64,000 bases of DNA from Felis catus (Eukaryota): contig NC_058383.1 in NCBI RefSeq assembly GCF_018350175.1, positions 28,894,001-28,958,000 on the forward strand. The letters run 5' to 3'. This document shows positions 49,761 through 63,314 of the stretch, piece after piece. Within the stretch, counting starts at the first letter, position 1, and each line of letters begins with the position of its first letter. A program made the position numbers and the translations under genes. The notes beneath the pieces were generated by a model. The model worked only from the letters and a program-made list of their open reading frames with translations. It ran no database searches and was not told the DNA's origin.

Positions 49761-50150
49761 GCCCCCAGCGCTCCTTCCTGGCCCCACTGCTGCTTTCCTT
49801 AGCAAGTTTCCAGGAACTCTGTCCCCCCCCTCCCCCCAAGCCCTGCCCCAGGGGCGCCCCCCAGTCACCCGGCCTGGGGTCTGTGAACTGATCCTTCACT
49901 CCACCTGTCCCTGAGGTAGGACTCCCTGGGGGACGCCTGGGAGGAGCAGGGGAAGTACACAAGGTGGCTTTCTCGCCTGCCCCTGGCCATCACCCTTGGG
50001 GAGGTCTCCTCGGCAGCTGACTATTTCTGGGGTGCACAGACACAGCCACTCACAGGAAAATACACAGACGCACCACAAGCAGGGAGACAGGCGGGCACAG
50101 GACACCTTCAGCCTCACACATGCAGACACAGGCAAAGATACCTCGGAGGG

Positions 50151-50151
<1 letters not shown>

Positions 50152-50196
<45 letters not shown>

Positions 50197-50245
50197 CACA
50201 CATACCAGACAGTCCCACATAGACACACACACACACACACACACA

Positions 50246-50289
<44 letters not shown>

Positions 50290-50300
50290 CTCTCTCTCTC
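50152..50300. repeat. Compound (CA)n...(CA)n(CT)n microsatellite in PLA2G10 intron 1
   Basis: Directly visible. Confidence 0.95.
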
Positions 50301-52729
50301 AGGCCCACGGGACGCCTGGATAACCTTGGTGCTGTCGTGGGCAGACAGAGCAAACAGACCCCAGAATGACCTGCCTCACCTAAGTTGGCATGGAGGGAGT
50401 GTTTTCCTTGGTTCCAAACCCAGTGCTGGGCGTCTTCCCCATGTTTTGGTTCTGTGTAGGGCTGTGCCCAGGACCCTGAGATGCCAGAGTGTGGTCAGGT
50501 CAGGGCGGAGGACCTCTAGGGAGCGCTTTTGGGTGTGGGGTTAGGACTGGGGCCCTGTTAGATATGCTGGGACTGGGAGTGTTCCAAGGGGCTTGCTGGA
50601 TCCAGGGATCAAGGGACTTTCTCTGGAAGCCCACTTCGTGCCAGCGAGATCATCTGGACCTGTCTACAGCAGAGATCCGCCCTCAAAGAGCTCCCAGTCC
50701 AGAAGGGCTACTCCCATAGGCAGACAGCAGCCCAGCGTGATGAGGACCCCTGTGGTCACCTGGGGACCAGGCAGATTATAGAAGGAGGTGACAGGTGAGC
50801 TGGGTGAGCATGGGGTGAGGGCATTTGCAGCGAGGGGATGTATGTGATAGGAAGTTTGACTGGAGGAGAGGGTACTGGTGAGCGTGGTCCATGTGGGGGC
50901 GGTGAGACAGGACCGCTCCTACAGGACCTCTGGGTCGTGGTGTGGCCCCGAGCTTTATCTGGAGGGTGGGGGGAGCCATAGGCAGAGGTGTGGGCAGCTG
51001 GGAGCAGCACCTGGCCAGTTCGACAAGAGCAAGGACTGATCACCCAGAGAGGAAGGCGAAATTTTGAACTAAACTCGTTTCTACCTTTTCTGTTTAATTC
51101 ATCACTCTCCTCCTGCCCCAATAAATGTGGTAATTTTTTTTTTTTCCACTGAGAAAAAACAACAGTGGGTTTAATTTTGGCCAGGAATCTTCACAAAAAG
51201 TCAGGGTGGGGCGCCTGGGTGGCTCAGTCAGTTAGGCGTCCGACTCTTGGTTTCGGCTCAGGTCACGATCTCACGGTTTGTGAGTTCGAGCCCTGCATCG
51301 GGCTTTGTGCCAACAGTGCAGAGCCTGCTTGGGATCCTCTCTCTCCCTCTTTCTCTGCCTCTCCCCTGCTAGTGCTGTCTCTATCTCTCTCTAAATAAAT
51401 AAACATTAAAAAAAAAAGTCAGGGTGATGAAAACTTGTTTCAGATGAAGAGTTGAGATGTTATGGGCGGGTGGAATGCACAAACCCTCTCTGGACCCTCA
51501 GTCCCTGAGCGGTGGAGAGCAGAGGCCCAGGAGTCAGGCACAACCCGGCGGGGGTTACTGCTCTGGGCCTTGCCAGCCCTGGGAATCTCCTACCCTCAGT
51601 CTCCCAATCTGTAAATGGGGTAATGGCTGCCCACAAGACAAGGCCGCTATGCTGTTGACAACAGGAGATGCCTGTAAGTTGGGGAGCACAGTGCTCGATG
51701 GGAGGTGAGGTTTAAGGGATTGGTTTTGACCAAACGCCAGAGAGCAAACTCGTTGCTTCACCAGAAGGAGGAGGTGCTTTGAAGGAGGAGGTGCTTTGCG
51801 ATTCACGGATGCCCAGGTCACAGCGGGTTTGGGGGCCCCTGGCCCCAAGCCGTGGCCCCATTGATGCCCCTCGACTCTGTCACCCTGCCTGGCCTCCTTC
51901 CCTTGCTGTTATTGGTGAAGAGGAAGGCGTGGAGGTCATAAGCCTGGGCCGGAGCCCCCAGGTCAGCTCAGGTTCCTGTTGACTGTGGGGGTTGTCCTTC
52001 CTACGCGGCTCTCCTGTTCCTCATCTGTGAAATGCAGGGCTGCGTGTCACAGCTGCACGGGGATCCAGAGAATGGCTGGGCACAGGCTGCAGGGCCTTCC
52101 AATGTGGGAGCAAGCCACGCCTGGGCAGTGGAAATAAGGAGATGCAGAGGGCCCAGAGCCAGACTCTGGAGGGGACTGGTGGGGGAGGGAGGGCAGGGGA
52201 GACCCAGGGACAGCAAAGCACCTGCAGAGGAGCCCTCCTTGGTGGCAGGGACCCTGTTGAGCTCATCTCTGGTGCTCAGTGCCCGGCACAGGCAACTGGA
52301 CAGATATTTGATGTGGGACTTGCGACCTGACTTCATCTGGAGTTGACTAGGGCAGGAGATTGGAAATCAGGACATTCCAGGAAGAGGGGCCAGCCCGTGC
52401 AAAGGCCCAGTGGTGTGTTCTTTCAGATACGGTGGCTCTGGAACTTGTTTTCTCTTTCATGGCTGCCTTGAAGATAGTAATAACAGAGCTTGTCACGTGC
52501 CACGTGTTTTACATGTGTGATGTCATCTCATTCTATGAAGAGAGGTCTCCTTGTCTCCCTGTTTTATAAATGAGAAAACCAAGGCACAGAGAAGTTGAGT
52601 ACATTGTCCAAGGTCACACAGCTAGGAAGGAGGAGAGGCAGGATTCAAACCCAGTCATCCAAGCCCTTCTTGGACTAGTGCGCTTACTCAAGCCCTGCCT
52701 TGCAACCTCTGACCTTTGTTTCCCCCTAG

Positions 52730-52880
52730 CTTCCTGGAGGTCACATGTGCACCGGCGTGGGCTTCTAGAATTGGCAGGGACCATGAATTGTGTTGGCACC
52801 CGCAACCCCCTGTCCTACATAAGCTACGGCTGCTACTGTGGCCTGGGTGGCCATGGCCAGCCCCGGGATGCCATCGACTG
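52730..52880 (+). CDS. PLA2G10: PLA2G10 coding exon 2 (propeptide, mature N-terminus, Ca2+-binding loop)
   Basis: CCCCTAG acceptor; (A)SWRSHVHRR-GLLELAGTMNCVGTRNPLSYISYGCYCGLGGHGQPRDAIDW; dibasic RR cleavage site, YGCYCGLGG loop; GTGAG donor. Confidence 0.97.
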
Positions 52881-54602
52881 GTGAGTGCACGCTCCAGCCT
52901 GGGCTTACAAGGTCCCCCACTCCCTGGGGTAGTTAAGGCCTATAAGGAAATACCCACAACTGAGGTTGCTGTTTGGACTAAGAAGATTCCAGCACATGGT
53001 ACAGCCTTGCAGGAGGCTCAGGGCCTCCTGGGTAACATGGCCAATGAGGGCACACCTTGGTGTCGGCTGCCCCCCAGCCTGGCTGTGGGCTGATTACTTT
53101 GGTTGAAAAAAAAAAAAAACCCATAAAGTTGATCCGACTTATTCTGCACCAGGATCTGTCCTGAGAACCCCTCTCATCCTCACAACAACCCATTTCAGAG
53201 ATGAGGACACTGAGGCAGGAGAGATGAAGTAACTTGTCTGGGGCCACATAGAGGGCAAGGGGTGGGGGCTGGGATCTGAACCCAGGCAGTGTGGCTGGAT
53301 TTGTGCCCCTAATCACTGCGCTCCGCTACCATGTAAGAAGTGCCTGTTCTGTGCAAGGCTGTGGGTTTAGATCTTTCCAGACTGGCTTTCATTTATCCTG
53401 GTCATCCTTGGAGGTGGGCAGGCGGGCCGTCCCCGGAGGCTCAGGGAGGCACAGCCACCCGTCCATTTCCACACAGCTAGTAGGTGGCAGAGGGCAGAAT
53501 TTGACAGTCTCTTCCCTGGCTTAGAGGATTTGATGGTCAAGGACAGCTTTTGGCTCCTCCCTGCCCTTCCCCGGCTCCTGCTGCCGGCCCTGCGTGGTTG
53601 TCTGCTTTCTCCAAGCCCCTCCAAGTGCAGCCCAGGCACTGCCCCCTTTGGGAAGACTTCCCCGAAGGCTGGCTGGGCCTCGCATACCCATTCTGGCCTC
53701 TGGCTCCCAGAATCCCCATCCCTTTTCCCCCACTTTCCAGCACTTCTCACCAAGCACGTGGGGTCTGGTGGCTTGTTTCTCCCCCACCAGCCTGGGGGAT
53801 CCTTGAGGGCGGAGCGGAATCTGGCCGACCTCTCCCTGCAGGACCCCACTGAGGGCTCCACAGAACGACTCCACTGGCGGCTGGAGGGAGACAATACCAG
53901 TGAATGAAGGAAGGAAGGACAGGGTTAGGGACATTTGTGGATGTTTCTCAGAATTTCACAACAGCCAGTTATTATTATTATTATCATTGAGATCCTCTTA
54001 TGCAGCAGGCCATGGCTGGACACGGGGACACTGTGCAGAATGGAGCAGAAATGGTCTTGTCCCCATAGAGCTCTGGGGCTCTGGCCATTGAGGAGGACAG
54101 AAGCTGGTCAGTCTTCTCCGGAAAGTGAGGGTCTCATTGTAAACCTGCCCTGAAGGGAAGGACCTAGTTTTATGAGAGGGTGTAACCAGGCCGCTATTAT
54201 AGACTGGGGAGGCCAGGGGCTGGATGACATCCTGGGATGGGAGCAGTTCTTGGGCTGAGACCTGAGGGAGGAAGGATGGGCAGGAAGCTGCCCCAGGCAG
54301 AGGGCAGGTCACGTGCAAAGTCAGGAGGCACTCGGGGCTTGGCTCATTCCCAGCACAGAGAGGCAGCGGGTGTGGCTGGAGCTCAGAGACACAGAGTGAG
54401 ACAGGCAGGGGCCAGGGGACCGTGCCAGGGCGCCCCACACTGGGGTCAGCAGAATCGTTTCCCGGGGGGGGGGGGATTCTCGGGGACAAAGCTCGGCCCA
54501 GAAGATGCTGACCCCCTACGAGACTTTGCTTACCCCGGAGGATGGCCGAGAGGGCCTCCCCGCCTCCACCCACCTGCTGGCCTGCCCGTCTGCCACCCAC
54601 AG

Positions 54603-54709
54603 GTGCTGTCATCGGCACGACTGCTGCTACACGCGTGCCGAGCAGGCCGGATGCAGCCCTAAGATGGAGCGGTACTCGTGGCAGTGCGTCAATCAGAGCA
54701 TCATGTGTG
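54603..54709 (+). CDS. PLA2G10: PLA2G10 coding exon 3 (catalytic His-Asp)
   Basis: CACAG acceptor; CCHRHDCCYTRAEQAGCSPKMERYSWQCVNQSIMC; HD active-site motif, NQS sequon; GTGAG donor. Confidence 0.97.
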
Positions 54710-57700
54710 GTGAGTCCCCAGCGCCACCCGCACCCGCTTCCGCGAGTGGCCCCAGGCGTCCTGGCTGCAATAGCTCATCCCAGCTCCCGACGGTCTACAC
54801 CACCCCCTGGGGGGATTTACTACAATCTACAATCGATCTTCAACACGGAGCGCTGACAAAAACAGAGAGGGGCACGCGGGTGGCTCAGTCGGTTAAATGT
54901 ACAGCTTCCGCCCAGCGCATGATCTCGCGGTTGGTGAGTTCGAGCTCCGCGTGGGGCTCTGGGCTGACCGCTCGGAGCCCGGGGCCTGCTTCGGATTCTG
55001 GGTCTCCTTCTCTCTCTGCCCGTCCCCCACTCGTGCTCTGTCTCTACCAAAAATCAATAAACGTACCAAAAAAAAAAAAATGCAAACAAAGAAACCTATT
55101 TCTTTGTTGTCTGGACCAAAGCTAAAAGAGATATCACCAGGTACCTCCAGCCTCCATGCCCATCCGATGGGGCCTGGGTAAAGAAACCCATGAGGTATTC
55201 TTACTGCGGGAGACGACTGTAGCAAGCAGAGGAACAAACCACAGAATGATACGTCCAGGAAAGCACCATTTCTGTTAAAAAAAAAAAAAAAAAAAGCAGC
55301 AGCAGCTTGCGAACCAGTGGCCTACTTGCTTTCCGTGGCTACGTGTAGACACTCACAGAGCTCAGAAAAAGGAATGTAAAGATACACTGCATGATGGGAT
55401 CAGGCTGGGGGCGGCGGTGGCAGAAGGCAGTTTCACGTTCCTGTAATGTTTCCTTTCCCCCTCCGCCCCAAAGAGAATGTCTTCATGAATTACTGGTGAA
55501 TCACAGCTTAAAAAGAAAAGGAATAGGGGTACCTGGGTGGCTCAGTCGGTTGAGCGTCCGTCTTCGGCTCAGGTCATGATCGCGCGGTTTGTGGGTTCAA
55601 GCCCCGCGTAGGGCTTTGCACTGAGAGCACGGAGCCTGCTTTGGATCCTCTGTCTCCCTCTCTCTCTGCCCCTCCCCTGCGTGTACTCTCTCTCACTCTC
55701 TCTCACAAATAAACATTACAACAAAAATGCTCTTTGAAAGAAAAAAGAAAAGGAAAGGCATACACAGCCTGAACTGTTGAAGGGTAAAGTGCCTGATCTC
55801 TGCAAATTACTCTGACAGGCATTGAAACAAAACACAATAAAAAGGTGGACAGACAGATGGGTGTGTGGACAGACGGAGGGGTAACGGGTGAAACAAAATG
55901 TCAATGGTAGCCTCTACGAGGTAGGTATGCAGATGTTCTCTGAACAGTTCTTTCAGCTTTTTTCTGAGTTTGAGATTTTCTACAACAAAATGTTAGGAAG
56001 GAAAAGCAAATGAAAGCAAAGAGCTTAGTGAGAGGAGCCCACGCCTCCCTTTCCTCACCTCCCAGCCCCAGTGGGTGAGTCTCAAGATGCAGGCCAGCTC
56101 CACCTTGGTGTGGTTTGATGACCCCCCTATGCCATAGCTCTGAGACTCTGGCCTCAAATGTCCTGTGCTAGGAGGACCAGAGGCTATGGGTTCTTTCCTT
56201 GTTAAACGGGGGTGGGGGTGGGGCGGCGAGTAGAACTTGGACTGACTTTGTAGTGTGAGTGCTCATGTCACTGGCCCTTCCTCCCTAAGGCTGAACCCGC
56301 AAAACAAGTCCGTGTTCTACAGACATCTACCACTCACCATTTGGGGACCCCGGGAAAACCCTTTCCTCTCTCTGGAACACTGTGGGCGCCTCTCTCAAAA
56401 TAGGGATAACAGTATCACAGTTTGGTGTCCCGTGGGCTGCATTTATCCTGCAAACATCTTGCCTCACCTGCACAATGTTTAGAACAGTTTGAGCCAGTAT
56501 TTAAAAAATCAGGGGCGCCTGGGTGGCTCAGTCTGTTAGGTGTCCGACTTCAGCTCAGGTCATGATCTCACAGTTCGTGGGTTTGAGCCCCGCGTTGGTC
56601 TCTGTGCTGACAGCACAGAGCCTGGAGCCTGCTTCGGATTTTGTGTCTCCCTCTCTCTCTCTGCCCCTCCCCTGCCTGTGCTTTTTGTCTCTCTCTCTCA
56701 AAAAAAAAAATAAATACACATTAAAAAAATTTTTTTTTTTATTAATAAAGTAGGCTTCACACCCGGCATGGAGCCCAAAGTGGGGCTTGAACTCATTATC
56801 CTGAGATCAGGACCTAGGCTAAAATCAAGAGTTGGATGCTTCACTGACTGAGCCACCCAAGTGCCCCCTCTTTCAATTCTCTTGATTTTTCTAACTTTGT
56901 GGAGGAGAAGTTCTCAGTTCATTGCTACTTTAGCTTTCACATCCCTGGAATATTTGCTGACTTTTTTTTTTTTTAAATGTTTATTTATTTTGAGAGAGAG
57001 AGAGAGAAAGAGAAAAATCCCAAGCAGGCTCTGTGCTGCCAGTGCAAAGCCTAACGTGGGACTCAAACCTACGGACCATGAGATCATGACCTGAGCTGAA
57101 ATCAAGAGTCGGATGCTTAATCACTGAGCCCCCCAGGTGCCCTACTTTTTTTTTTTTTTTTTAACAGAACAGGCTTCTGGCTTATATCCAAGAACACCAG
57201 TTCATCAATTTAATTCTGGCTTGAAAAAAAATTCTTCCTATCTACCCATCCATTTATCTACTTATCTTTACCTCCAAGCGGCATGCATTTAATGAGGATA
57301 ATTGTAACAGAATCTATCCTAACCTTACTGTACACTTTATAGGCCCAGCCACTTCTGAAATTAAAAGAACAATAAAACAGCAGTTAAAAATGTTAAGTGT
57401 CCCTCAGGGCAATCTTACTGTTTTTGTTTGTTTGTTTGTTTTTTAAACAAAACAGTAAGAAAAGAACTGGGGCATTTATTTTTAAGATTACCTTCTGATG
57501 GATGGATGGTATTTTCAATTTACAGCTTCCTTTCAGTTAAAAAGCGGAATCCATTTTATTTTATTAAAAAAAATTTTTTTTAATGTCTATTTATTTTTGA
57601 GAGAGACAGAGAAAGAGACAGCATGAGCAGGGGAGAGGCAGAGAGAGTGGGAGACCCAGAATCCCAAGCAGGCTCCAGGCAGAGCTGTCAGCACAGAGCC

Positions 57701-57796
57701 CAACTCGGGGCTCAAATTCACAAACTTTGAGATCACGACCTGAGTTGAAATCAAGAGTTAGGTGCCTTAAAAAAAATTTTTTTTAAGTTTATTTAT

Positions 57797-57837
<41 letters not shown>

Positions 57838-57994
57838 AGGGGAGGGGCAGAGAGAGTGGGAGAGAGAGAGAATCCTAAGCAGGCTCTGCACTGTCAGCAC
57901 GGAGCCTAATGTGGGGGTTGAACTCACGAACCATGAGATCATGAGCTGAGCCAAAACTAAGAGTCGGACACTTAATGGACTGAGCCACCCAGGT

Positions 57995-58470
57995 GCCCCA
58001 TCCCCTTTGCTCATTTTTAATTGTGTTGTTTTTATTGTTGAGTTATAGGAGTTTTTTATATATTGTTGGTCCTGGATTCTTATCAGATACGTGATTTGCA
58101 AATGTTTTCTCCCAGGTTGTAGGTTCTCTTTGCATTTTATTAATAACATCTTGAATGCACAAAAGTTTTAATTTTGGTCAAGTCCAGTTTATCTATTTTG
58201 TCTTTGGTTGATCAGGTTTTTGGTGTCCTAAGCACCCACTGCCAGATCCTACGTCATGAAGACTTACCCCTCTTTTCTTCTGATAGTTTTATAATTTGAA
58301 CTCTTACATTTAGGTCATCGATCCACTTTGAGTTGATGTTTGTATATGGTGTGAGGTAGGGGTCCAACGTCATCCTTTTGCCTGTGGGCATCCAGTGGTT
58401 CTGGCACCATTTGTTGAAGAGATTCATCTTTCTCCATTAAAGAGTCTTGGGACCCTTGTTGAAAATCACG
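57995..58470 (-). mobile_element. Old L1 ORF2 fragment in PLA2G10 intron 3
   Basis: Antisense L1-type sequence (gatttgcaaatgttttctcccag..., ggcaccatttgttgaagag). Confidence 0.75.
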
Positions 58471-61400
58471 TGGCCCTAGATGGATACCTCCCTGAACTTC
58501 CATTCCCTTACCTGGAAGATGGGTGTTGTACAGATGGAAAAGGGGCTTATAACATGAGAAACAGATCCGATGGGGGTTGTTATTCTCTCTCCTCCCTTCT
58601 CCAGCTGTCCTCCTGATCTGAACCTCTCTCTGACCCCTGCCACCTCCACCAGAGAAAACAGAGGCTCTGGCATGACTCTCCATTAAGCCCGCAGCTTCTT
58701 TGCTGCAGGGAGGAAACCGTCAGAGCGGTTACCCGAAGGGCTGGTCTTAGGTATTCATGGGCTCTTAGCTGTATCTCCCTAGCATGAATCAGCATTTGGC
58801 ACAGAGTAAAGCTGAATTAGTATGGAGAGATGGTATCAGTTTTTAGGAGCCGAGAGTACCTCAGACACCCTCTCCTTCAATCCTCTTACTTAGAGTTGGG
58901 GAAGCTGAATGAAGGTCTGGGAAAGAAGTGTCTCACCTAATGTGGTGGTCACGTGTCTACTCCCAGGCACATCCCCTGTCCCCCTCCCATTGTGAGCAGA
59001 GAGAGGAGGTGAAATAGGGCTTGCCTGGGAAAGCTGTTAAAGATCTCTGCCTTCTCCCTCCGACCTGCATGTTTCCCTTGCCCCTAATCATATGAAAGTG
59101 GTGTCTATAAAATATTTATTGGTGTGTCTGCTGGTGGAGCCCATGGCTGTTTACCGACCTGTCCTCCCTGAACCAAACGAAAAGAACCAAAATATCTATT
59201 CTGCATTTTAGGGGGGCTAAAAATATTCTCTTATTCTGTTTGGAGATATTCCGAACATAGCTGTTTACCTAATTACAGGTGTTGCCCATTTTCCATTTAT
59301 GGGCCTGGCTTCAGTATATTAACATTTTTTTAAGCCTGTAATAATATTTACTGGCAGGCCTTTATTTTAAACTTAATCCTTGGGGGGTGCTTTTCCTTTT
59401 AAGTTTTTGTTATTCCTGTTTTTAAAACATGTTTATTTATTTTGAGGGAGAGAGAGAGACAGCATGGGCGGGGGGGGGGGGTGGAGAGGGGTGCAGAGAG
59501 AGAGATGGAGAGACAGAATCCCAAGCAGGCTTTGTGCTGTCAGTGCAGAGCCTGGTGCGGGGCTTGCTCCCCCGAACCGTGAAATTATGACTTGAGCTGA
59601 AATCAAGAGTCGGACGCTTAACTGGCTGAGCCACATGGGCACTCCCAAGTTTTTATTATTCTTGGATAACCTGATGCTGTTGCTTTCCTAAGGCCATGGA
59701 GCAGTGAGGCCAAGTCTTGCTTTTGAGAGGAACTTTCTTGCTCAGGGAAAAGGGTGATAGCATTAGGCAGGTACAGGCATGGGGTCAGCCGATCCTGGGC
59801 TGGAATCCGGGTCCCCCCTCTGCTTAGTGCTGTGACTTTGGACAAGTTACTGAATCCCTTTGAGCTCCTCTTTCCTCAGCTGTAAAATGAGGATAATACA
59901 ATTTAGGTGCTGGGCTTGGATGAGAATTGGAAACGGCGTATGGCTTTGCTATTGTTCTCCCAACAGATGGTAAGAATCTGCTCTGTGCCCGGCTTCATGC
60001 TAGGCTTTGAGCGGGAAGGAGAAGCAGGAAGCTATAGTCTAAGAGGAGGAGAGGGAAATCGTGTCTGTGCTAATTGCTATTGTAAGTGCTGTGTTGGAAA
60101 GTTAAGGCAGGAGAAGTATCATACCTGCTACGAGGTGGATGAACCTTGAAAAAGTCACGCTACGAGAAAGGAGCCAGACGCAAAAGGTCACCTAATGTGT
60201 GATTCCACTTATGTGAAAGGTCCAGGATAGGGATAGAGACAGAAAGCAGATTCGTGGTTCGCAGGACAGACTGCTGGGACTCAGGTAAGGGATCATGGGG
60301 AGTGACTTCTAAATGGGAGTGACTTCTAAATGGGGTTTCTTCTGGAAGTGATAGAAATGTTTCAGATCTAGATAGAAGTGATGACTGCGCGATGTTATGA
60401 ATGAACTAAATTCCACTGACTTGTGCACTGGAAAATGGTAAATATTGTTATGGGAATTTTGCCTCAATAAAAAATGCAGCAGAGCAGGTGGGGGACACTC
60501 TTTTCTTTTTAAATTTTATTGTTTGTTTATTTATGAGAGAGTGCAAGCAGGGGAGAGGGGCAGAGGCAGAGAGACAGACAGACAGGGAGGAAGAGAGAGA
60601 GAGAATCCCTAGCAGGTTCCACCGTCAGTGTGAAGCCAGATGCAGGGCTCAATCCTGTGACCCTGGCATCATGACCCTAGCCAAAACCAAGAGTTGGACA
60701 TTCAACCGACTGAGCCACCCAAGCGCCCCAGGGATACTCTTTTAGACCCTGGGTGCAGTTGTGCAGATAAATACCTTTAATCAAGTCTGCTCACAGCAGG
60801 GCTTGGGAAGATGATCTCCAGAGAGTGCCTGCCTTCTGCCTCCTGTCATCCTGTCCCTCCCTCCTGGTGCAGCCAAGCCTTCTGGCTCTCATGCTTCACC
60901 TTGCGATGGTCTCCGAGGAACATTTTACTTTAATTTTTTTCTTAAAGGAAGGAAGTTCTTTTTTTTTTTTTTAATGTTTTTTTAAAAAAAATGTTTATTT
61001 TATTTTTGATTGAGAGAGAGACAGCATGAACAGGGAAGGGGCAGAGAGAGAGGGAGACACAGAATCCGAAGCAGGCTCCAGGCTCTGAGCTGTCAGCACA
61101 GAACCCGATGAGGGCTCACACTCATGAACTGCGAGATCATGATCTGAGCTGAAGTTGAACGCTTAACCGACTGAGCCACCCAGGCGCTCCTAATGTTTTT
61201 TTATTTAATTATTTGCTTCAGAGAGAGAGAGCACAAGTTAGGGTGGGGCAGAGAGAGGAGGACAGAGGATCCAAACAAAGCAGGCTCTGCGCTGACAGCA
61301 GGGAGCTCATGTGGGGCTTGAACTCATGAACTGAGAGATGGCGACTGAACCCTAGGTTGGATGCTCAAATGGCTGAGCCCCCCAGGCGCCTCTCCAAGGA

Positions 61401-62266
61401 ACACTTTAAGAACGGATCCTTAAGGAGGTCAGCTGCAGCTTACTGAGTGCCTGCTGTATGCTCTGCATTTTACACTTTGGGTAAAATGACCTGTTGGGTG
61501 TTTTCTCACTCTCCCAGAAGCCCTTAGAAGTAGGTATTATTAGTATGCTCACGTTGGCCTGAGGAAACATCTGGAAGGGGTGAAATGATGTGTCTGAAGG
61601 CACAGAGCTGCTACATCCGTGGCTGAGCGGGTTAACTCCAAAGCTGGTGCTTCACGGTGCCTCTGGAAGGAAATTTGGAAGGATTTAATGGTGGGTGGGT
61701 TTTATATTTACATCTATGTGAATAACTAAAAGCTAGCACTGAAAGGCCACGGGTGGCATGGTTGGGGGGGGGGATTTCCAAAGCTGTTTCAGGCATTATA
61801 CCTTCTAGATTAGTAAGATACCACTTGAAGATCACCAAATCATTCTAGTCCCAGGTCGGGAATCTCTAGTGGGAGGATCACCAGGGTAGAAGGAGACTTT
61901 GGGTGGCTGCCTCTGTGCCAGGCAGGTCCTGGGCTGGTGGGGACAGATGGACACTCCAGAAGGAGCATGTGGAAGCGATGTGGAGAAAGAAGGCAGAGAT
62001 ATGCGGGTGGAGTCAACGTTGACCGAGTGTACGTCCTGTGCCTAGCCCTTCTGGGTGCTTTCTGTGGGAGTTGTCACTCAGGCTTCCCGGGAGCCCTGCC
62101 AAGTGGGTATGCCCCTGGTTTTCCAGGAGGATTTGGCTCCGAAAGCTTAGGCAAGATCACACAACCAAGAAGTAGCAGAGCAGGTACCCCAGAAAAAGCT
62201 CTAGATGGTTCCCGGGCACCTACCTACTGCTTATCAGAATGGATCCTCAGATGAAGGGGTATGCAA

Positions 62267-62273
62267 ATATATA

Positions 62274-62308
<35 letters not shown>

Positions 62309-62614
62309 ATATATATATAGTACATATATATACATGTATATATATACACATATAGTACATATATATACATATATATGTATATATAGTATATATATATATA
62401 TACTATATATATAGCATATATACTATATATATACTATATACTATATATATACACTATATATTATATACTATATATATACTATATACTATATATATATACT
62501 ATATATAGTATATAGTATGTAGTGTATATAGTATATATATAGTATATAGTGTATATATACTATATATATATATACACACTATAGTATATATATATACTAT
62601 ATATATACACTACA

Positions 62615-62664
<50 letters not shown>

Positions 62665-62681
62665 TATAGTGTATATATATA
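62267..62681. repeat. ~415-bp TA-rich quasi-palindromic low-complexity repeat in PLA2G10 intron 3
   Basis: (TA)n interrupted by tagta/tacta/cac units; abuts the tail end of an antisense SINE (~62682-62845). Confidence 0.95.
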
Positions 62682-63131
62682 AAATGTTTTGGGGGAGAGA
62701 CACAGAGAGGCAGAGAGAGCCTCAAGCAGGCTGCACACCCCAGTGTGGACCCTGATGTGAGGTCGATCTCACGAACTGTGAGATCATGACCTGAGCCGAG
62801 ATCAAGAGTCGGACGCTTCACCGACTGAGCCGCCCAAGGCTCCCCAAGGCGGTGTAATATTGATGCGGAAGAGAAGCCAAAAGGTCGCACGGACTTTGAA
62901 CTTTGCATCTGAAAACGCTTCCCTGGCCACTTCGATTTCCTTTTCTGTAAAATGGGTTGGACGCCACCTCCCTCCAGAAGCTGCCATGACGGAGATCACG
63001 CGGTGACTTGTCCCGTGTTGCATAGATGCGACGTATGACGCTTCCCGCCTCCAGCGTCGTTGGCTTCCCTAGTGCCTGTTCTCGAGTCTCTGCCACCGCC
63101 TGCTCTAACTCAGTCTCCCCGCTTCTTCCAG

Positions 63132-63274
63132 GACCCGCGGAGAACGAATGCCAAGAAATCTTGTGCAGGTGCGACCAGGAGATCGCTAACTGCTTAGCCC
63201 AGACTGAGTACAACCTAAAGTACTTACTGTACCCGCGTTTCTTGTGTGAGACAGACTCGCCCAGGTGTGACTGA
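63132..63274 (+). CDS. PLA2G10: PLA2G10 coding exon 4 (terminal)
   Basis: TTCCAG acceptor; (G)PAENECQEILCRCDQEIANCLAQTEYNLKYLLYPRFLCETDSPRCD*. The four exons total 456 nt = 151 aa; the mature chain has 16 Cys as expected for group X. Confidence 0.97.
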
Positions 63275-63308
63275 CCAGCCTGACGTGTAATGTTCTTTTA
63301 CACGAGGA

Positions 63309-63314
63309 AATAAA
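63309..63314 (+). terminator. PLA2G10 polyadenylation signal
   Basis: AATAAA ~35 nt after the stop codon, followed by a T-rich stretch. Confidence 0.8.

Noticed and set aside
48710..50544. Cluster of overlapping ORFs around PLA2G10 exon 1
   Set aside because: Expected stop-codon depletion in a CpG island and in (CA)n/(CT)n repeats.
51764..51797. Short perfect tandem duplications (17 bp here; similar at ~40889, ~60298, ~18787)
   Set aside because: Isolated two-copy slippage events with no array or spacer structure; not CRISPR-like and no sign of function.
54505..55125. 206-aa ORF containing the PLA2 active site, and similar ORFs at 52570 and 63026
   Set aside because: Read-through of real exons into intron or SINE sequence; canonical splice sites delimit the true exons.
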